A stretch of DNA of 56,531 nucleotides, the filler included, from Basidioascus undulatus (Eukaryota): assembly GCA_000826855.1 (NCBI GenBank). It is 5 parts of 5 records of this genome, joined end to end, with 100 filler letters (N's around TTAATTAATTAA, not from the genome) between each part and the next. Parts side by side here need not be neighbours in the genome. Positions count along the whole stretch, not along the records: positions 11,346 to 22,578 come from JTLS01001027.1; positions 22,679 to 33,906 come from JTLS01001028.1; 3 more parts are not named here. The stretch is one strand, 5' to 3'. The translations under genes and the position numbers were made by a program. Of the stretch, positions 12,220 to 25,162 are shown piece after piece. The notes beneath the pieces are model-generated. The model ran no database searches. It saw only the letters and a list, made by a program, of their open reading frames with translations, and was not told the DNA's origin. How positions within the stretch are numbered: position 1 is the stretch's first letter; each line of letters opens with the position of its first letter.

Positions 12220-15200
12220 ATGGCGGATCAGGGCGAGATTACGATTCGTGCGTTTTTATAACTCTCAGATTCCGGTACAGGAGTGGACTGGCTGACGCCT
12301 GAGCGCCTGGGAGCAGTCAAGCGGCCTCGCGCTGAGGCGGCGGTATCTGGCCGCAAGTTTTTGAAGAAGACGGCGCGGGGGAAGGTCATCAAGGGTGCGT
12401 CTCTCGCTCCCAGTTTCCACACCGATACGCAATACTAAGGCGTTTGGAGGAGGCAGTCATTCGCGAGCGCTACCTCCGGGACGACATCGGCTCTGGCTCG
12501 CTCTTCGACACCGTCTCGGCCGGCCCCGCGCCCGTGCTCTCCGCCAAGGGCATTACGTCCCACCAGGCGTTCTCTTTCGGACACTACCTCATACCCGACA
12601 CCAACGTCTTCCTCGCGCAGATGGACTTGCTCGAGAATCCGGCGTTCAAGGACGTCGTCGTGCTCCAGACGGTGCTTGACGAGGTCCGGCACAGGAGCCT
12701 GCCGCTTTTCTCCAGGCTCAAGGCGCTGGTGGCAGATGAGGACCGGCGCTTTTACGTGTTTTACAATGAGTTCAGGAGGTGCGTCGTTGAAATGGGTTGA
12801 TGATAAGGGCAGGGGGCCTGGGAGGCTGAGCGATGGGGATGCGGCGCACAGGGATACCTGCACGCTGAGGAAGGAGGGCGAGTCCCCAAACGACAGGAAC
12901 GATCGGGGTCCGTTTTCTCTCTCTCCACATCCATTCAAACCACTATCGACGCTCAACCCCACCTCCCCCCAGCCATCCGCCAAGCCGCCGCCTGGTATCC
13001 CCCCCACCTCTCACTCTCCCAACGCCCGTCCTCCCCCGCCCCCTCCGTCGTCCTCCTCACGGACGACGCCGACAACCGGCGCAAGGCGAAAGCGCAGGGC
13101 ATCGCGGCCGCGGGCGTGCGCGAGTACGTCGAGCGCATGGACGCCGCGGAGCAGCTCGTCGACCTCGTTGCGAGCCCGGGCGACGACGAGGTGTCGCGGG
13201 AGAAGAAGGAGAAGAGGGCGGTCTACTACCCGGAGGTGAGGATCTCGCTTGTTGGTGAGGTAGAGGGATCCGGGTGTCTGATGGGCGAACGGATGCGCAG
13301 TACCTCCCCACGGCCACATTGATGGCCGGCGTAAAGGCGGGCGAACTGCACCAGGGGCACTTCAACGCGAACCCGTACAACTATCTCGAGGTACGCTCTT
13401 CCCCCTGCACTCGTCTTCCGCCATGCGCACTCCCTCACCCCTCTCCTGCGTGACAGGGCACCGCACGCGTCTCGGCCTTCGCCAAGCCGATCCTGCTCAT
13501 CGGGCGCGAGTCGATGAACCGCGCGATCGACGGCGACGTCGTCGTCGTCGAGGTCCTCCCCGAGGCGGAGTGGAAGGCGCCCGCGGACGAGGTGATCGAC
13601 GCGGACGCCGCGCTGCGCAACGACGATGCCGAGGCGGACGAGGAGGAGCGCGGGGAGGGCGATGAGGCGGAGCGGCGCGCCGCGGAGCGCGAGAAAAGGG
13701 AGGCGGAGGAGGTCGCGAGGCGGAACGAGAAGGAGCGACAGCCGACGGGACGCGTCGTCGGCGTCATCAAGCGGAATTGGAGGGCGTGCGTGGTTCTCCC
13801 CTTTCCCCTTCTCCAATCGAGACTGAACCTCCCTCCTCCGACAGCTACGTCGCCCACCTCGACCGCACCTCACTCACCGCAACCACCAGCACCTCCCTCT
13901 CTCAACAGACCGTCTTCGCCACCCCCCTCTCACGTTCGATCCCCAAGATCCGCATCCGCACACGCCAGGCTTCCTCGCTCCTCTCGCAGAAGATCCTCGT
14001 CGCGATCGACCGCTGGGAGCCGACATCGCGCTACCCGGAGGGCCACTTTGTGCGCGCTCTCGGGCAGGTCGAGAGCAAGGAGGCTGAGCAGGAGAGCTTG
14101 CTGTTGGAGTATGACGTGCCCTACAGGCCGTTCAGCAAGGCGATTCTGGGGTGCTTGCCGAAGGAGGGGGACGAGTGGAAGGTCCCCCCGAAGGATTACG
14201 CGAATCCGGCGTGGAGAGATAGGGAGGACCTGAGGGAGGAAGTCATTTGCAGTATCGACCCGCCGGGTGAGTGGGTGGTTGTATGAGATTGGGAGAAGGT
14301 CGGGGCTGATGCGGGTTGGGTGTGGGAGGACAGGCTGTCAGGACATCGACGATGCGCTTCACGCCAAGTTACTCCCCAACGGGAACATCGAGGCGGGCGT
14401 CCGTGCGTCCCTCCTCCTCCTTCCCTTCTCTCCCATTTCCTCCCTGACAGCGCGTTTGGATGCAGACATCGCCGACGTCTCCTACTTTGTCCACCCGGAC
14501 AACCCGATGGACGCCGAGGCCGCGTCACGCGGGACCACAGTCTACCTCGTCGATAAGCGCATCGACATGCTCCCCAGCCTGCTCGGCACGAACCTGTGCT
14601 CGCTCCGGCCGTTCGTCGAGCGCCTCGCGTTCTCGGCCATCTGGGTGAGCCCGCGCGCAGCGAGCAGGGTAGTTGGAGCGAAGGGGTGCTGATGCCCTGG
14701 ATGGTGGGACGCAGGAAATGACGCCCGACTCGGACATCGTCAATGTGCGGTTCACAAAGTCCGTCATCGCGTCCAAGGCGGCGTTCACGTATGAGGAGGC
14801 GCAGGTCCGGAAAGACGATCCGTACGTCCCCTCCCTCTCTTTCTTCCCTTCCCCTTCTCGCACGTACTTACAATCCCGCCCGGTCTGTTTTCAGCTCCCT
14901 CTCCGACCCAATCACGCAGTCGATCCGGCTGCTCAACACGCTCGCGCTCAAGCTCAAGGCAAAGCGCATGGCTGCGGGCGCGCTCAATCTCGCGTCGCCC
15001 GAGGTCAAGATCCACCTCGACTCGGCCGAGTCGGCGGAGCCGATTGACGTCGAGCAGAAGGAGCTCCGCGAGACCAACAGCTTGGTCGAGGAGTTCATGC
15101 TCCTTGCCAACTGCTCCGTCGCGCAGAAGATCTACGACACGTTCCCCCAGACGGCAGTGCTTCGGTGCGTCTCTCCCTCTTTCCCTTCTACTTCACCTCG

Positions 15201-16358
15201 CATGCTGATGCGTATTGGGCACCCAACCAGCCGCCACATGCCCCCGCCCAAGACGAACTTCGAGACCCTGCAAGACATCCTCACGAAACGCAAGGGGCTC
15301 GCCCTCGACGTCTCGTCCTCCGGCGCACTCGCGGCGAGCCTGGACAAGTGTATCGACGCGCAGGAGCCGGCGTTCAACACCCTCGTGCGCATTATGGCCA
15401 CGCGATGCATGCTCTCCGCCGAGTACTTCTGCTCGGGCAGCGTTTCGAAGGAGGCATTTGGGCACTATGGACTCGCGAGCCCGATCTACACGCACTTCAC
15501 GAGCCCAATTCGGCGGTATGCCGGTGCGTTGTGCTCGATAGCTTGCTTCTTCCACCTTCGTTGCGGTCCGGGACTCAATGTTGTCCCTTCACAGACGTCC
15601 TGGCCCACCGTCAACTCGCTGCTGTGCGTCCATCTCTGCCCCGTGGCCTGCCCGCCCGTTCCGCATGCTGACAAGTCAATCCAATTCCAAACACGCAGGC
15701 CATCTCCTACGCGCCCCTCCACGCCTCGCTGCACAACAAGCAGTTCGTCGAGCGCATCATGGACAACATCAACAAGCGCCACCGGCTCGCGCAGATGGCC
15801 GGGCGCGCGTCCGTCGAGTTCTACGTCGCGCTCGCCATTCGTGCGCGGAACGAGAAGGCCGGCGAGAACGCTCAGTCCGTCCGGGAAAAGTGCGTCTTCA
15901 CCGTCTTGCTCTCTTGGAGAGGAGAGGGGCGAAAGCTGATTTGTGCTGCGCTGTGAAGGGCGTATGTCATTCGGACGTTCAGGAACGGCATCGCCGTGTT
16001 CGTTTCGTCGTGCGTGGCTCGTTCTTTCTCTGCTCTCGCTAGCAGACTTGTTGACGTTGTGGAATCGGACGGCGGGTGTCCAGACTCGGCATCGAGGGCC
16101 TGATCACCTTCAAGCGCTCGATCGAGTTCGACCCTGAGGCGTACGAGGTTACCATTCCGCGTCCCGATGGGCAGGGCGAGGTCAAGATCGGTGCGTGATT
16201 CCTTCTTCATCGCCTGGTGGATTGCTCTGATGTGTACTTCCCGCACAGGCATCTTCGACTCGGTCACGGTCGACATCCTCGTCGAGAAGGACCGCAGCAC
16301 GCAGCGCGGGAGGGTCAAGATGGTCCTCCGCGAACCGGTCGACTCGTCGGACCTGTAG
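12220..16358 (+). CDS. DIS3: Exosome catalytic subunit Dis3/Rrp44 (PIN + RNB + S1), multi-exon
   Basis: [33 protein letters not shown] and [25 protein letters not shown] catalytic [69 protein letters not shown] 12220, TAG 16356-16358. Confidence 0.97.
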
Positions 16359-16805
16359 TTTGTGTTTGCTCATATTTTGCCACGTAGAGCACATTTATTC
16401 TGTTGTTTGAGCTCGGTTACTCCTGTGCGAGTGCACAAGGCCGGCTTGGCTTGATCAGTCGCTGTGCGCTGTTCCGACAGCCTGCGACAGTTGCTTATTG
16501 CCGGAGAGTCGTACGTATTGCAAGGTCAACCGGAGAAATCGCGTTTCCGCACAGTACGGCACTCTGATATCCAACACCGTGCACGCGCTGTCACAGTCTC
16601 GATCAGCCTGTAGCTATGCAGGCGACACCTTTCTCCGCTGGCACGAATCGGGTGGCATATTCATTTTTCGAAGCTACAAATGATGAAGAGACCGCAAGCC
16701 CGCAAGACACCCCTTCGCATTCAACGCCCATTCACTTTGCCAGAAACTCCTCAACCGCCTCCCGCTGCATGATGCCCCATAAGGTCCCGTCGACCAGGCT
16801 GCCTC

Positions 16806-18193
16806 TCAACCAATCCGTCGTTCGTTTTTGAAAATTTTCGAAGTCAATAAAGCTGCGACATCGACCCCCTTGCCCAACATCGCGTCACGGAGGGAGCCCA
16901 TTTCGTACTCGTATTGCTGGTTCGGTCGGTCTAGTAAAAGGAGCGAGATTTTCTGTAAAGCGGGCAGCGCTTCGAACACGTCGCGCAAGATTGCTGGCGC
17001 GATATTAACAGTTGTCAGGATAACTCATCAGGGCGCCCGTCGCCGTCCCGGAGGTCTCAAAGCTCGCGTCCGAGACCGTATCAACCCTCGCTGGGAGGGG
17101 TGCTTCCCAACAGGTCCCTCACCCGCTCGATCCTCTCGGAGAAGCCGAAATTCTCGCGGTGCAGAAGGCGCTGAAGGACAGTACGAGAAGGTTTGGGTGA
17201 AGGCGGCGAAGTGCGTCCTGGAGCCTTCATCTAGCCTCCTCTGCGTTCCGCGCCTCGCGTACGCGCTCTTCCTCGCCGGCGCGCCGGGTGACCACTCGAG
17301 GCACGAAGTGGTTTTCAACTCGGCACGGGCGCGATGATCGAGGACGAGATTGCCGCGCCGTTCCACCACGCTGCTATCGATGTTGGCGAGATGGAGCTCG
17401 CGGAGGGAGATTCTCAAGAATGAGGGGTTCCTCGAGGCGGCGAAGAAGCTTGGGTTGCCGGAGGGGGCGTGGTCGTTGGGACCCTTGTGAGCCCCGAAAC
17501 AAAGATTCTAACATAAAAGAGGAAGTGCTTATGAAAATCTGCGTGGCAGGGATCTACGGCTGCGACAGCATGAGCCACAGCGCCCCTCTTCACCTATTTG
17601 AAGGGCTGTGAGGTTTTTGAAAGTGTCGTAGTCCTCGCGACGTTTATCGACATGCCAGACCTTGCGAAGTAGCGCTGCCGACGCGACCGGAAGAGCGTTG
17701 TGAACATACGCAAGCCGAGGCGCTGGTGTGGGTATCCGGAAGTGGTCGAAAAGTCCAGTTGAAGCTGCGCCATTATTGTCATCAGCGGCCTCTCAACTGG
17801 ACCGGGATCATCAAACCTGAAATAGTTCGCAGGGCCGAAACGGTGCGCGTCGATGATGATACGGTGCAAAGACGGCTGGACAGCGTGTAAGAAAGCCGCA
17901 ATGGCCTTTACCTCGGTATCCGAAAGTTTTTCCTCTCTGTTTGAGGCTCCATAAATCGAGAGAGTACACCTGAAGCGGATTGACGTGAGGCACCAGCGCG
18001 ATGAGCGCAGCGACCGAAGGAGGCTGCTGTGGAGATGGGGAACACTCACTGCCCTCACGCCGCGCGAGACCAGGCTGAGGGCGAGCAGAGTGTTCTGGGC
18101 GTCACGATTGGGTGCGCAGGCGAGAGGGTGCGAGGAGAGCGCGAGGCATTCTGCGATGTAGGAGATGACGTCGAGGGGGGTCGAGACGGGCAT
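16806..18193 (-). CDS. F-box-like / leucine-rich-repeat-like gene, possibly degenerate
   Basis: N-terminus MPVSTPLDVISYIAECL...QNTLLALSLVSRGVRAVSVPHLH resembles a fungal F-box-like motif; downstream LRELHL and LPALQKISL segments; a clean frame could not be traced through ~17000-17300. Confidence 0.5.
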
Positions 18194-19326
18194 GGTGGCT
18201 TGAGTGGGATGGGAGCTCTGTGCACTTCTTGTTTCGGGGTGCCGCGCGCACAGCAGATCCTTCCCGTCATAGTGGTCCCTTCTTTCGGCTTTTTGAGCAT
18301 ATCCCCCCCTGGTCCCACTCACTCTTCTCTTTTCTCACTGGTGTCTCCGCGCACACGGCCCTGACTTATTGCGAGCGTCCCTCAAACCGTACGTCTGGTG
18401 GCCGGCCAGCCACAGATAGCCCAAAGTTCCAGAGGTATGTTTCACAAAAAGTATGGTTAAGGTTGCACTTTCAAGAACGAGCAATGACGTACCAGCTAAG
18501 GCTTGCATAGCTGAGCTGGCCTGCCTATCGCTCAGCTGTCCGTGGTGCAGTAACAGCGCGTCGCCTCAGGGCCCGAAGGTCGAACCTGTCGGTCAATACC
18601 GAATACCCCAGCCATGCGTACACAGTCACTTCCCAGGCCCTCGGCCTAGATTCCGCCGGGGGCTAATCAAAGTATCTGAAAGGTCGCCGCGGGTGGCAGT
18701 TGGCGCGGTGCACAACTGTGCAACGTACCTCACGTTGACCGCTCGCAATCTCGATTCCTCCTTAAAGTCTCTACCTTAAATAAACGGATCTATGGAGATA
18801 GTTCTTCTTCCTCATATCGTCTGTTCGATTACTCCGTCCCTTTGTGTTGCGACTACGCCGAAACGTTCAACAAACCTGGGAGTTTTTGTCCCGCTTCCAA
18901 CCCGCCCCGGGCACCTCTTTCAATGCCCACAGTTCAAAGGTACTGGTGATGTTGAGCCCACTTAAGTCTAGGTTTCTGCGAGTGATGGAGTGGGGCCGTG
19001 AAGAGAGGACTGCGAAGACTGAACACCTCCTAGATCCTCTCTTGTGCTCTTCATACACCCGTCAATCTAGAGACAGCATGTGAATCAAGTAATTCTTTTC
19101 TTTACCGAAAATGTGTTGTTACGTTGAATACTGAACGGCAAGAAAACACGTCCATCGCTTACGTAAAGACGCGTCTCTTCATTTCCGTGGATCGCGTCCC
19201 CTCAAGTCCCCTCCCTCTTGCTTGCCCTCCGACCACCGCCATCCCCCCATACATCTGCCTTCCTCCTACTTTGAACGCGCTCACAGACTGCTCTTTTTTA
19301 ACCCACACTCATACACCAAGCGTGCC

Positions 19327-20339
19327 ATGCCTCCGAAGCGCAAGTCCACCGCGCCCGCCGCCTCCGAGCCGTCGAGTACGCCAAGCGACGACGCGTCTGC
19401 CGCAGCGGCGGACATCTCTGCGCTGCTCGCGCAGCTCACTTCGAACGCGCTTGCGAAGACCAAGGCGTCAGTCGCGTTCGGGTGTGGGTGATGGGGTTGC
19501 GGCGCGCGCTGAAGGGCCGGGGAGGAGGGTGAAGGAAGCAGAAGAAGGTCGTTAAGGAGGGACAGGTGGAGATGGATTCGTTCGTGCGTTATCCTCTATT
19601 TTCTTGATGATGGATGGCCACATCTGTTGGTGAGGGGGAACAGGAGAAGCAGTTCTCGGATAAGATGAAGGAGGGGTACTCGGAGCTGTCCGTCGCTTCC
19701 TCATGCCTCTTACCGCTCTCGGCTTACACGGTCCACTTTCGCCGAAATCTACCCTACCTCGACCGATCGTACAGCCTCGAGCACCACGCGTCCTACCTCA
19801 AGTCGGATGACGCGCACGTGCTCGAGCTCGCACAGTGCTGGGAGGAGCTCGACCTCGCTGTGCGTCTTCCAATCCTTCACTTTGCCCTCTCGCTTATCAT
19901 CTCCTGGTCCCACTTCTGATCTCAAATCTTCTTATCCGCCGGCTTAATCTCACCCTCTTCCTGACTTCCTTGGTTGAGCGAGTACAGTACACAGAGCAGG
20001 TCGTGCGTCTCCTCCCATCGTTCTCCCTCTCTCCCTCCGCCTCCCTTCGTTCCCCTTCTCCCACGCTGCCTGAACAACTCACACCAACACCATCTCCCCG
20101 CCCCCCAGTCGCACACGACAACCCTCTCCACCGACTCCGCCTCCCTCAAGGCGCGGTGGCTCCGCACAAAGCAGACCTCGCTCGCATCGATGGAGAAGAA
20201 GCTGACTTGTGCGTCCCGTCTCCTGTCTTCCCTCTCCATTTGCAGCTCTGCGTTGAGGATCACTTGAGTTCACTGGTGTTGGACTTGGATGACAGCGGAT
20301 GAGCGCTTGGTGGAGGCTATGAGGGCCGCGGGGGAGTGA
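19327..20339 (+). CDS. Small (~158 aa) coiled-coil protein of unknown function, ~7 exons
   Basis: Exons splice in frame: MPPKRKST...LLAQLTSNALAKTKAKQKKVVKEGQVEMDSFEKQFSDKMKEGYSELLEHHASYLKSDDAHVLELAQCWEELDLAYTEQVSHTT...LASMEKKLTSDERLVEAMRAAGE*. Confidence 0.7.
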
Positions 20340-20662
20340 AGGCGGTGGGAGATGCGCTCGCTGGCGGAGTGAGAGGGTGGGCAGTGAACGGGGAGAGGCA
20401 TGGAGAACGATGAGCAAGAGTTCCGGGTGAGGTGGTTTTAGTCGGTTGATCGCATGGACTGGTTTTCTTCCGTCGCTGCGTCCGAAGTGGATTAGTCGCC
20501 GCGCTACCGCGCTTGGAACAGCGTGGCTGTATCTCCATTCGAGGCACCCTCAACCCATCCCGCTCCACGCATGATTCGCAAAAAGATCGAGAATAACTCA
20601 AGTTAATCCATCCCCTTCCTTCTCCCCCTGGCTCCCCACATCTCCGCACCCCTCTCTTCACT

Positions 20663-22465
20663 CTACGACTCCATCCTCTCCCCTCCCTCCCCCTCCTTCT
20701 CCAACTCCGACGCCTCTGCCGCTACCCGTTCCGGTTCCGCTACCCCCACTGCCGCCGCCTCAGGTTCCCCTCCTGCCGGCGCCGCCACGGGCGCCGCCCC
20801 GTTCTCTGAGCCGGAAGGCTTCTCCGGCGCCGGCGCCGGCTCGTCGAGCCTCCGCTTCTTCGATGCCGTTACGGCGTGCGCGGTGGGGTCGTCGAATCTG
20901 ATCCCGAAGCGGAGTGAGCATCAGTTAGGATTGGGTAGCAGTATGCGAGTGAAAGATGGAAGAAGAGTCGGAGAGCGGAAAGGGGAAGACGGAAGGAAAC
21001 CGAGGGGAGGCAGAAGGGGAAGAAGAAATAAGAAGACGTACATCCTAATAGCGTGCAGCAGAAACCCGCCACTGCCCGACATGTTCATCATCGGGTGCGT
21101 GCGGCCAGGCAAGACCTGGTTCCCCATCCACCCGACAGTCCCCCAACCCCAGTCAATCACCGCCTCCCTTCGCTCAGGACTGGCAAGGAAGAGATGAAGA
21201 ACGCGCACGTACCTGGTACTCCCGCATCCAGCTCTCCGTAATAGACGGGTGGAGGACGTAGTTTGTCGCGCGGAGCTTGTTTTGTGCTTCGGTCAGGACC
21301 TGGTTTTCCCTCCCGTCGTCGTCAATCTCATGCTTTCTATGGAGGGAGGGGTCGGGGCTCGGAGTGGGGTTCGAGTCGGGGCAGAGAGGGTTTGGGTCGG
21401 GGTGCGGGGTGCGGGTTCGGGCCAGGGAAGGGAGAGGCGACAGGGGAGGGAAGGAGGAGCGGGGGAGAAGGAGAGGGAAAGAGGGGATAGAGGGGAGAGA
21501 GGGAGGTGGGGGAGGACGCACATGGGCGAACGGACTGTACGCGACGATGGACGCGCTCCCCGCGAGGTACTTGTGCAGGGCGTCGACGATCGAGTATGGC
21601 TCGTACTGCGATGCTAGAATGAGTCTGCCCGAGGTCCTACTTATCAATACCTCGCACCTTACACCTCACACCTCCCCAGCACTCCAGACGACGGCAGGCG
21701 GGAAGCGGAAAAAGCAGAAAGAAGGCGGAAGGGAAGAAAGGGGAGGATGAAAGCGCCACCCACCCGTCAAACTCCCCCTGATGTAACTCCGCCCGCGCGC
21801 GCTCAAGCGTCTCAAACAGCTCGCGCCGACGGCGGATCTTGTCCCTCTCGTGCGTCGAGCGGAAGTTGGTCCCGCCGTCTTTGGCGGAGAGGGGGAGGGG
21901 GGCTGGTGAGGCGCGCTCGGTCAGCTTCAAATCCAACAAGGAGGATGAAGGAGGGCGAAGGGAGGAGGGGAGGGAGAAGGGAGAGGAGGGGAGGGGACAG
22001 AGGTAGAGGAGACAAGGACCCACGCGGCGTGTAGTCCTCGGCCATGTTGGACCAGTTGAGGGTGGAGACGAGGGACGTTACGAGCGCGGGGGGGAAGTTC
22101 ATTGCGGCGAGGACGTCGAATGCGGGGGGCGAGTCGGCGTCATGGATTGCAAGGATCTTTCCTTCGTCTGGATCCCACCGCCGGCTCCTCTAGTCAGCGT
22201 CCTCCCTTCCGAAGGACAAAGTTGGGGAAAAGGGAGAAGGAGGGAAGAAGACGCACCCCCCAACCGCTCCAACACCGCCCCCACCACCAGTCCCGCGCAG
22301 TCCTCGACGACGATGTACTTCCCACCCGGGCGGACGTTCGCGAGCGAGAGCAGCTGGGACATGCTGTCGGGCCGGAGCTCCCGGATCTTGGCTGGCAGCT
22401 TGTGGAAGTGGTGGGCGGTCATGTTGTGGGATGTTGGGGGGAGGGGGGTGACGTGCTTTAGGAAC
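20663..22465 (-). CDS. TRM6: tRNA m1A58 methyltransferase non-catalytic subunit Trm6/Gcd10, 5' part lost in gap
   Basis: KIRELRPDSMSQLLSLANVRPGGKYIVVEDCAGLVVGAVLERLGG, LHQGEFDG LILASQYEP, LAGSASIVAYSP, ITESWMREYQVLPGRTHPMMNMSGSGGFLLHAI; stop 20663-20665. Confidence 0.93.
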
Positions 22466-22578
22466 CTAGGGGGACGAACAGAGTGAGTTTCGGGCGGGAT
22501 GGGCGGATCGAGAAGGGAAGAGAGGGCGGGGAGAGAGGCGAAGGCGATGGGGAAGCGGAGGGAGAAGGGGAAGGAGAG

Positions 22579-22678
22579 NNNNNNNNNNNNNNNNNNNNNN
22601 NNNNNNNNNNNNNNNNNNNNNNTTAATTAATTAANNNNNNNNNNNNNNNNNNNNNNNNNNNNNNNNNNNNNNNNNNNN
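22579..22678. other. Artificial 100-nt assembly spacer
   Basis: N-run with central TTAATTAATTAA. Confidence 0.99.
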
Positions 22679-23255
22679 GGGGCTGGGGGGGGAAGGAGGG
22701 GAGGTTGAGGTCAGGGGGAGAATGGGGTGAGGTTGAAGGAGGGGAGCTGGGCGAGCGAGTCACTCAGTGAGCTCGAGATATCTGAAGGGGCACAGCCGCC
22801 AGGGACGCGTCGCGCGGAGATGAAACTCAACGCGCCTGAGACCGACGCGACGGCTACAGCGTTTGGAAGCACATTGTGCTCTGCCCACGCCTGCCTTTCT
22901 TGGTTTTCATCGCAACGCCTGCATTAAGAAGAATAGGAAAAAATCTCTGTAAAAATTCCCTTCAATTTTTGGATCTTCAGGGGCAGCAAAGGACGGAGAA
23001 TGGCGCTTAGAACCTGCGACTTCCAACAGACAGTGGCACGAAATGGCTTTCACGGCACAACATGTGAACGGTTTATGATGATGTACTTACTACACTTCCC
23101 TGTGTACCCTTAGAGACCCGAAATCAGACGACAAAAGAGAACCGGTAGTCAGGCAGACATGCAAACAGCAATGGAGATGCTCCGGTATCCCTGAAAGACT
23201 GTACTATCCCGACTACAGCGCTTGCAATAAATCATCTGGAATTCGGAAAGTCAAG

Positions 23256-25162
23256 TTAGGCTATGGACAGCGGGGCATGAATGACGGACTCGCCATCGCC
23301 GGGAATAAAACATATGCGGAATTGCTGGCGAAACTCGGGGTGCTCCCTCCCGCCATAAGAAGCTGGGCGAGCGACGTCACGCAGAGCGTTACGATCTGGC
23401 TTGTAGAAGGTCCATACCCAATCCCGAAGAAGCGATACTTTGAGGGAGTCGTTGTCGATATAGCCTCCGAAGAGCAGCCTGCCGACACGGTCCAGAGCGA
23501 TGCGCCTCAGGCAAGTCAGAACGGAATCGGAAGTGACTGTGAACACGAATGAAAATGAATATCGCACGCACGCCAAGGCGTTCTCTTCGGCCCCGCTCTG
23601 GTATTGTGATAAATGCAGAGCGATCTCTTCAAGCTGATACGTCCCCGAAAGGCCGCGAGCGATGGCGAGCTGTGGGCACCGCCAGAACTCGTTAACGTTG
23701 CATTTCACCAAGACAAGGGTGTCCAATAGACTCACCACCTCCTCGGGGCCGCAGCAGTACTGGAACGATAGGCACTTGATCGGACGGCCCGTACGCTCGA
23801 GGTGCGATATCGACTTGAACGCGTCCGCGAGGTCCTTGCGGTCGAAGGGCCCGCTCGAGAAGGGCTCGATGCGGAGCTCGACGGTCTGCACTTGCAGGTA
23901 GCGCGACGACAGAACCGGGAACTCCCACGCGGACGGCTCGAACTTGGTAGTCGTCTGCAGGTACGCGATGCGGCGCAGGTTCGGAAAGAGCGTCTCGACG
24001 GAGGGGTCAGGGGGAGGGACGTCGGAGGGATGGATGGGCTCTTCGCCGTCGAGCTCGTCGATGGCGGCCTGCTCATCCGGTGCCGGACCCAGGAGCTGGC
24101 ATATTTCTCGGACCTCGCAGGAAAGGCCGACAAGGAGGTGGAGGGGCGGGAATGCGTCTAGGTCAGAGACCGGCGGGGCGTCCTCGAGGTTGGCTGAAAA
24201 CTCGAGCTCGGTGAGGTAGATCGCTCGCCCGGCGCAGCGATTGATGGTGAGGTAGCCGTTCGGACCGCCGAGGCCGGTGACGGTCAACCGCCGAAGATGG
24301 CAGAGTGCGGCTGGGAGGTCGAGCGCAGAGGGGATGATGACGTCGCTGAGGTTCCGTCCGGGGCGACTCGAGCGGACGTCGAGGGACGATCGAAGATGAA
24401 GTTCGACAAGAGTGGGCCCGCTGGCCGCGATGGTTTGCCGGACCCAGGAGGCCGCGGCGCCGAGGAAGAGCGCCGAGCCGTCGACGACGAGGCAGCGCAG
24501 ATGGCGGCATTCTGGCGGTGGGAAGGGGACATGCACCCATTGAGGCCGCTCTTCCTCGCTGCGGACGCGGAGGTGGACTGTGTGGAGGTGCGGAAGAGAG
24601 CCGAGGGCAGCGAGGATGTCGAGCCACGTCGCGGACCCGCTGTCGGCGAGGTTGATCGAATGGACGTCTAGGCGCACGGTGCACACATTGCGCGTGAAAA
24701 GTAAGGTCGAGGCGAAGTACCTCAGGGGCTGGATGACAGTCTGGTCCCGCAGAGGCTGGGGCGTCCCGGCCGGGGCTTGCCGAATCGTCGCGGAGACATG
24801 CTGGACGAGGTCCGAAAGGTCGCGGCGGCTGCAAGTCTAGAAGTGGGTTTTAGTGAGCGCGTATTTACATCTTATGCTTGTTTGAGGCGCAAGCTTAGCG
24901 TACGTACAGTGAAAGTGTCGAGATACTTCTTCACCTGCGTGGTGGACTCGAGGACTACATGGCGATAAAGCACAGGGCGTGCGAGTGCGCAAAAGCGGTG
25001 ATTGGTGCGCGCGAGGGAAGCCAGGCTTTTTTGCCTTAGAAATGGATAGCTCAACGAAATGTATTCGATAATTTCGATGAGGACCTCGTTCGATAGCGGC
25101 GAGAATGGGTTCGACACGTGGGAGAGGGAGACATGCGAGGCGTGCGGCGCGAGCGAGGACAT
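23256..25162 (-). CDS. F-box-like protein with LRR-like (RNI-type) repeats
   Basis: PLSNEVLIEIIEYI...LASLARTNHRFCALARPVLYRHVVL F-box-like motif followed by long frame with LxxLxL repeats (LPHLHTVHL, LRCLVV, LVELHL, LRRLTV, LTELEF, FPNLRRI). Confidence 0.75.

Noticed and set aside
23074..23194. ATGATGA ... CTGA pair resembling a C/D snoRNA
   Set aside because: No terminal stem or recognisable rRNA guide; motifs are short enough to occur by chance.
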